From assembly GCA_018971565.1 (NCBI GenBank), contig JAGXAO010000002.1, forward strand, positions 6,499-70,498: a stretch of DNA of 64,000 nt. Reading direction: 5' to 3'. Origin of the DNA: Rhodospirillales bacterium. Lineage in GTDB: Bacteria; Pseudomonadota; Alphaproteobacteria; Acetobacterales; Acetobacteraceae. The notes beneath the pieces were generated by a model. The model ran no database searches and was not told the DNA's origin. It was given only the letters and a program-made list of their open reading frames with translations. This document shows, piece after piece, positions 59,413-64,000 of this stretch. Numbering within the stretch: position 1 is the stretch's first letter; every line of letters begins with the position of its first letter. A program made the translations under genes and the position numbers.

Positions 59413-59757
59413 ATGAAGCGCATTATCACAGCCACGGCCTGCATTTTGGCAATCGGCGCCTACGCGCCTGCTTTCGCCCAGTCTGCGGGCAACACGTCCG
59501 CCAGCGTTGGCACCAGCGGCACAAGTTCGACAGGCATCACAAGCGGTAATGCGAACGGCATGAACTCCACAAGCAACACAGCGAATGGTGGCACAAATGC
59601 TACAGGATCCATGGGGTCTGCCAGCACTGGCACGATGGGTACAGGCACACCGGGCTCCACGCCGATGATGGCTGCTCCGCCTAGCGGGATGGGCAACGGC
59701 GCCAATTCCAGCCCCGGCAAGCCCACCGCCGGCACACCCACCGGGGGCGGTAGCTAA
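59413..59757 (+). CDS. secreted low-complexity G/S/T/N/M-rich protein (unknown function)
   Basis: GGAG 8 nt upstream of ATG 59413. Sec signal MKRIITATACILAIGAYAPAFA-QS. The 92-aa mature part is built only from Q,S,A,G,N,T,V,I,M,P plus a single K. Confidence 0.5.
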   Translation: MKRIITATACILAIGAYAPAFAQSAGNTSASVGTSGTSSTGITSGNANGMNSTSNTANGGTNATGSMGSASTGTMGTGTPGSTPMMAAPPSGMGNGANSSPGKPTAGTPTGGGS

Positions 59758-59769
59758 CACAAATTCTCG

Positions 59770-59799
59770 TCAGGCTCCGCTGTTGCTGGTGGAGCCTGA
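59770..59799. terminator. hairpin terminator between convergent genes
   Basis: TCAGGCTCC-N12-GGAGCCTGA followed by TATTTTT on the plus strand. Confidence 0.55.
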
Positions 59800-59804
59800 T
59801 ATTT

Positions 59805-61196
59805 TTAAAAATTCGCGACGGTGCAGGCATAGCCTGCGGCGGAGACTTCCCCACAGAACCGCGCGGCATCCACATTTGACGAGAAGCCGTTCGTGCGCAG
59901 ACGGTAATATGTCTGCCCCTTAACCTCTGCCTCACGAATATCCGGGGATTTTCCTTGAAAAAGAGTCGGGGCGGCAGTCGACATTTTATTCCATTGGTCT
60001 TTTGCCTCGTCCGAACTATTCAAAGCGCCCAGCTGGACGGCGATGGAGCCGACCACGCTTGAAGACGCCGGAACTGGCGCTGCGATCGATGCGGTTGGCC
60101 CCGGAGGGTGCGCTGAAGTAGAGGGTACAGGTGGCGGCGCAACCGGCCCCGGCGTTGAGGACGACACTGCGCCAGGAATAGGAGATGGGCCGGTATAGGC
60201 CGCATCAGGATCGTTATTCACCGGAACCGGGGCCACCACCTGGGCTGGCACAGCAGCAGGTGCAGGAACCGGTGTTGGTGCCGTGGCTGGCGGCGGCGCC
60301 AAAGATACAGGCGGGTTTGTTGCCGACGGCGCTGGGATGGTGCTTACTGGAGGCGTGGCAACTACCGGCTGAGTGGGCGCAGGCGCGGGCGGTGGCGCGG
60401 GGTTTGCAATGGAGTTGGCGATCAATGCCGAAAACCCGTCCATTGCCTGCTGAACTTGATCAGGCGGCAAATCGATCGCCAGAACCGTTCTTGCCTTCTC
60501 ATCATCGCCTACGGCAATGAGTGCCGCGGCGTAATCCTCCCGGATTTTTGGCGTAGCCCCTTGGCCTGTGGCAAGCGGGCCGAGATATTGCAACGCCTCA
60601 GCCCCATGGCCGGAAAGCGCCAGTGAAAGTCCCAGATTTACGACAGTCGCAACACTGCCAGGGTTGATAAGGATCGATTGCTGGTATGGCTGCACGGCAC
60701 CTTGGAAATTGCCCTGCAAATCCCGCGCGACGCCAATATCGCTCCAGGCGGCGGCATTGCCCGGGTCTGCGGCCACAGCCGCGAGAAATGCCTGCTCGGC
60801 ACCGGCTGGGTCCGATTTTAAAAGGCAGCGTCCCACGCCGGTTTCCGCGGGGCTGGATTTTGCATCGTACCGCAACGCCGTTTGGTAAGCGGCCTGCGCC
60901 GGCAGGCAACGGTCGAGCGCGTAATAAGCGTCTCCTTCGTGCACCAGCGCGTCAACATTGTCTGGATCTTCCTTAAGCACCGATTGGGAAATGGAAAGGG
61001 CCATGTTGGGGTCCCCCCCTGAGATCGCCGCATCAGCCACGTTTAGCGTGTTGGGGCCAACACTTCCCGATGCGGCAGTGTCAGCCGCGTTGGGCTGCGT
61101 GCAAGCCGCAAGCGCAAGCGCCAAAATGGCCGGCGCGGCTTGGCGCAGAGCCTTGTGGCGGAAACATCCTGAACTTGCAAAAATTGAAGGATTCAT
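59805..61196 (-). CDS. TadD-like TPR lipoprotein with Pro-rich linker and C-terminal SPOR domain
   Basis: Lipobox LALAAC. About 250 aa of TPR repeats, then about 120 aa of P/A/V-rich linker. The C-terminal IAVQLGALNSSDEAKDQW...YYRLRTNGFSS..AARFCGEVSAAGYACTV matches the SPOR pattern. Last gene of the tad operon. Confidence 0.75.
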   Translation of the reverse strand: MNPSIFASSGCFRHKALRQAAPAILALALAACTQPNAADTAASGSVGPNTLNVADAAISGGDPNMALSISQSVLKEDPDNVDALVHEGDAYYALDRCLPAQAAYQTALRYDAKSSPAETGVGRCLLKSDPAGAEQAFLAAVAADPGNAAAWSDIGVARDLQGNFQGAVQPYQQSILINPGSVATVVNLGLSLALSGHGAEALQYLGPLATGQGATPKIREDYAAALIAVGDDEKARTVLAIDLPPDQVQQAMDGFSALIANSIANPAPPPAPAPTQPVVATPPVSTIPAPSATNPPVSLAPPPATAPTPVPAPAAVPAQVVAPVPVNNDPDAAYTGPSPIPGAVSSSTPGPVAPPPVPSTSAHPPGPTASIAAPVPASSSVVGSIAVQLGALNSSDEAKDQWNKMSTAAPTLFQGKSPDIREAEVKGQTYYRLRTNGFSSNVDAARFCGEVSAAGYACTVANF

Positions 61197-61221
61197 AAAC
61201 TCTTCTTCTATTGATTGTTAT

Positions 61222-62175
61222 TCAACGGTGCAGGGTGGCCATAACATTTATGATGGCGGGACCGCCAACAATAAGGAACACACAGGGAAGAATAAAAATG
61301 ATCATGGGCAGCGTCATCAGTGTCGGCAGTTTTCCAGCTCTGTCTTCAAACTTGATAAGCGCCTCGGCGCGTAGCTCCGCCGACAGGGTACGCAATGCCT
61401 GCGTCAAGGGTGTACCAAATTGCAGTGATTGAGCCAATGTCGTCGCCAAGCGCTTAAGCACTTCCAGGCCTGTGCGCTGCCCTAGCCCAGTCATGACGCT
61501 GCGCATATCCGCACCAATCTGCAACTCTCTGGATGTCTGTATCAACTCCTGGGCGAGGTCAGGGTTCAGGGTCTGAATTTCTTGTGAAACGCGTGCGATT
61601 CCTGCCTCCAGCGCCAAACCGGCATCCGCGCAAATCACCAGCATGTCCAAAGCGTCTGGAACGCCACGCTCAACATTCTCCAGATGGCGCGTACGAATAT
61701 TCGTCGCAAGCATTTCCGGCAGCAGCATTCCGCCAACGGCACCACCGCCTATCTTCAGGCACAACCCGAGCAATCCCGGCATAAAATTCTTGAGCGAAAA
61801 ATATAAAACAGTGGGTATGAGAAAAAAGAGCAAAATTTTGGCGCCAATGAACAGGCCAAGCCCCTTGCCCCCGCGAAACCCTGCTCCTTCCAATGTCGCC
61901 CTCATTTCCTGCAAAGTTTTGCGGGAAAGCAGGCCCGAGCGAGCTATGAACAACCCAAACGACGATACCAGCCTGAGTAGAAAAGATCCTTCGGGCTTCA
62001 CTTCCTCAACAACAACTTGGTTGCGGCCGTTAATTGCCAGATCGAGTCGTCTGTTTAATTTCTGTGAGCGCGCTACCTCCTTCGCCAAGGCCGCGCCCGC
62101 CACAGCGAGAAGCACCAGGCATCCAGCCAAGGCTAGCAAAACATAGATTATCTGAGTTTGATTATTTAAGAACAT
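61222..62175 (-). CDS. tadC: Flp pilus assembly protein TadC (T2SS F-family)
   Basis: T2SSF domain with GVPDALDMLVICADAGL block. Follows tadB with a 14-nt overlap. Confidence 0.85.
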   Translation of the reverse strand: MFLNNQTQIIYVLLALAGCLVLLAVAGAALAKEVARSQKLNRRLDLAINGRNQVVVEEVKPEGSFLLRLVSSFGLFIARSGLLSRKTLQEMRATLEGAGFRGGKGLGLFIGAKILLFFLIPTVLYFSLKNFMPGLLGLCLKIGGGAVGGMLLPEMLATNIRTRHLENVERGVPDALDMLVICADAGLALEAGIARVSQEIQTLNPDLAQELIQTSRELQIGADMRSVMTGLGQRTGLEVLKRLATTLAQSLQFGTPLTQALRTLSAELRAEALIKFEDRAGKLPTLMTLPMIIFILPCVFLIVGGPAIINVMATLHR

Positions 62176-63151
62176 TGCTGATCATAAATTGAATAACGCC
62201 CATGCCTGCGCCCATAAGCAGAGCCGCGGCGCCCAGCACCGCCTCCCCGCTTGATGTCGTGAACAAAATCTTGATGTATGACGGCTGAAGCCAGAACAGC
62301 ACTCCGCCCGCAAAAAACGGCAGCACAGTAAGCACCATTGAACCCATCCGCGCTTCAGCGGTAAGCGCATAGCCGCGGGCTTTCAATGCCACGCGCTTGC
62401 GAATTACATCTGCCAGCGTTTCCAGTGTTTGGGTAATGCCGCCGCCTGAGCGTGACTGCAACGTGATCGCGGTCGCAAAAAACTGGTATTCGGTGAGCTT
62501 TATCCGCTCCGACAATTCGCGCAGCGCGACATCAAGCGGGATGCCGATGCTTACCTTATCGGCCAAAATGGTAAATTCCCGTTTTGTCGGCTCCAAAGCG
62601 TCGCCGCCCACGGTACGCAATGCTTCACCCATGGGAATGCCAACGCGCACGCAACGAACAATCGTATTCAACGCATCAGGGAATTGCTCTATCAGCTTTG
62701 CGTTGCGGCGATTTTTGAACCAGTTGAAAATAAAACGATCCAGCATATACCAGAGCAATGGAGAGCCAAAATATTTGACGGGCAGCCAGATTTTTTGGTG
62801 ATGCCCAAGCGGGTGCGAAGCCAGCCACATAATGGCGGCTGTTGCCAGCAAGGCCAGGGGCGGCACCAGCCACCATTTGATCGGGTAGGTTTCGGCTTGC
62901 TGCAGATCCACCCCAATCCACCCGGCGGCACGCTCCTTCAGCTGTTCTATCCGCGATGTTGTACGAACCAGGCTAAGTTCTTCATCAACCGTGGATATCG
63001 GCTGCGCCTCAGACATTGTTGCGTGCTTGATTCTGCTTTGCAGCCTCGTCTCGCGTTCATGCCCTAAGACGGTCCAAATTGTCACCCCTACCGCCGCTGC
63101 GGCCAGCAATACAACCAAAGCAAGCAGAACGAATAGCTGGTGCAGCAGCAT
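62162..63151 (-). CDS. tadB: Flp pilus assembly protein TadB (T2SS F-family)
   Basis: T2SSF domain (FPDALNTIVRCVRVGIPMGEAL). The ATG overlaps the cpaF stop as TAATG, preceded by GGAGG. Confidence 0.85.
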   Translation of the reverse strand: MLLHQLFVLLALVVLLAAAAVGVTIWTVLGHERETRLQSRIKHATMSEAQPISTVDEELSLVRTTSRIEQLKERAAGWIGVDLQQAETYPIKWWLVPPLALLATAAIMWLASHPLGHHQKIWLPVKYFGSPLLWYMLDRFIFNWFKNRRNAKLIEQFPDALNTIVRCVRVGIPMGEALRTVGGDALEPTKREFTILADKVSIGIPLDVALRELSERIKLTEYQFFATAITLQSRSGGGITQTLETLADVIRKRVALKARGYALTAEARMGSMVLTVLPFFAGGVLFWLQPSYIKILFTTSSGEAVLGAAALLMGAGMGVIQFMISNVLK

Positions 63152-64000
63152 TACACCTCCTCCAGTGCCGCAAGCCAGGCGCGATCCAATCCGAAATATT
63201 GCAGCCGTTCGGTAAAGGATGAGCGGATACGGCTGACCTCATAGTGACCAACCAGACGCCCGTTCGGCGTCTCACCAGTAATTTCCAACTTGAAAATATC
63301 GTTCAGAAGCTGCGTCTCGCCTTCGATTCCGGCAATTTCGGTTACCTGTATAACGCGGCGGCCGCCGTCTCGCTGGCGCTCGACCTGGATGATGATGTTA
63401 ACAGCGGCACATATCTGCTGGCGAATAGCGCGCGGTGTAAGGCCCATCGCTGACATCTGCACCATGTTCTCAATACGGGAGAGTGCATCGCGGGTATTAT
63501 TGGCGTGGATGGTCGACATGGAACCATCATGGCCAGTGTTCATGGCTTGCAGCATGTCAAACGCTTCGCCACCGCGGGTTTCACCGATGATGATCCGGTC
63601 TGGACGCATACGCAACGCGTTCTTGACAAGATCCCGGGCGGTAACCTCGCCCTTGCCTTCCAGGCTTGGCGGTCTTGTTTCCAACCGCACCACATGAGGT
63701 TGCTGCAATTGCAGTTCGGCAGCATCCTCAACCGTCACTATACGTTCGGTGGAATCGATAAACCGCGAAAGCGCATTCATCATTGTCGTTTTGCCCGAAC
63801 CAGTACCACCAGAAACGATGATGTTGAGGCGGCAACGGGCAGCAATTTCAAGCACGCGCGCAATCGGCGGCGTCATAGCGCCAAATTCGATGAGCTTTTT
63901 AAAATCGATCGGCTTTTTAGCAAATTTGCGGATGGAGATGGATGGCCCGTCAATCGCCAAAGGCGGCAGCACAATGTTAACGCGGGAGCCATCTTTAAGA
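63151..64000 (-). CDS. cpaF: CpaF/TadA family pilus assembly ATPase, C-terminal part (5' end outside the window)
   Basis: Walker [11 protein letters not shown], Asp box, Walker [10 protein letters not shown], His box [13 protein letters not shown]. The frame stays open upstream to position 64000 (..[18 protein letters not shown]). Confidence 0.93.
   Translation of the reverse strand, partial: LKDGSRVNIVLPPLAIDGPSISIRKFAKKPIDFKKLIEFGAMTPPIARVLEIAARCRLNIIVSGGTGSGKTTMMNALSRFIDSTERIVTVEDAAELQLQQPHVVRLETRPPSLEGKGEVTARDLVKNALRMRPDRIIIGETRGGEAFDMLQAMNTGHDGSMSTIHANNTRDALSRIENMVQMSAMGLTPRAIRQQICAAVNIIIQVERQRDGGRRVIQVTEIAGIEGETQLLNDIFKLEITGETPNGRLVGHYEVSRIRSSFTERLQYFGLDRAWLAALEEV

Overview
GC-rich (roughly 60% by eye) alphaproteobacterial chromosome segment. 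It is densely packed with housekeeping genes. The local synteny looks like a core region of a Rhodospirillales/Acetobacteraceae-type genome: sdhE-mfd/recG, merR-ihfA, fabH-plsX-rpmF-DUF177/bamE, lptCAB-rpoN-hpf, gltDB and ccmCDEFGHI. The taxon is inference only. I support about 62 protein genes. Three of them are missing from or truncated in the ORF track: a partial lytic transglycosylase at the left edge, ccmD, and a 50-aa DUF1674 ORF. There are also 2 tRNAs (Pro-GGG, Leu-CAG), one fluoride riboswitch and a few hairpin terminators. I saw no rRNA, CRISPR array, IS element, integrase or prophage signature. I did not find convincing evidence of a wholly new multi-gene system, so the window reads as ordinary core genome. 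The observations most worth a second look are: (1) a textbook-shaped fluoride riboswitch apparently driving a crcB-usp-nhaP operon, with an anti-SD segment built into P3; (2) a GAF-GGDEF protein with a destroyed A-site (GNGTF) but an intact RxxD I-site; (3) a near-consensus sigma-54 -24/-12 element lying exactly on the rpoN start codon; (4) a 24-bp palindrome upstream of mntH; (5) a fragmentary polysaccharide locus (BY-kinase/PCP, acyltransferase, beta-barrel, WecB/TagA-type GT) with no OPX, flippase or polymerase in view; (6) a nearly uncharged G/S/T/N/M-rich secreted protein next to a tad locus whose TadD-like lipoprotein carries a SPOR domain. The many long antisense ORFs in the track are treated as GC-driven shadow ORFs.
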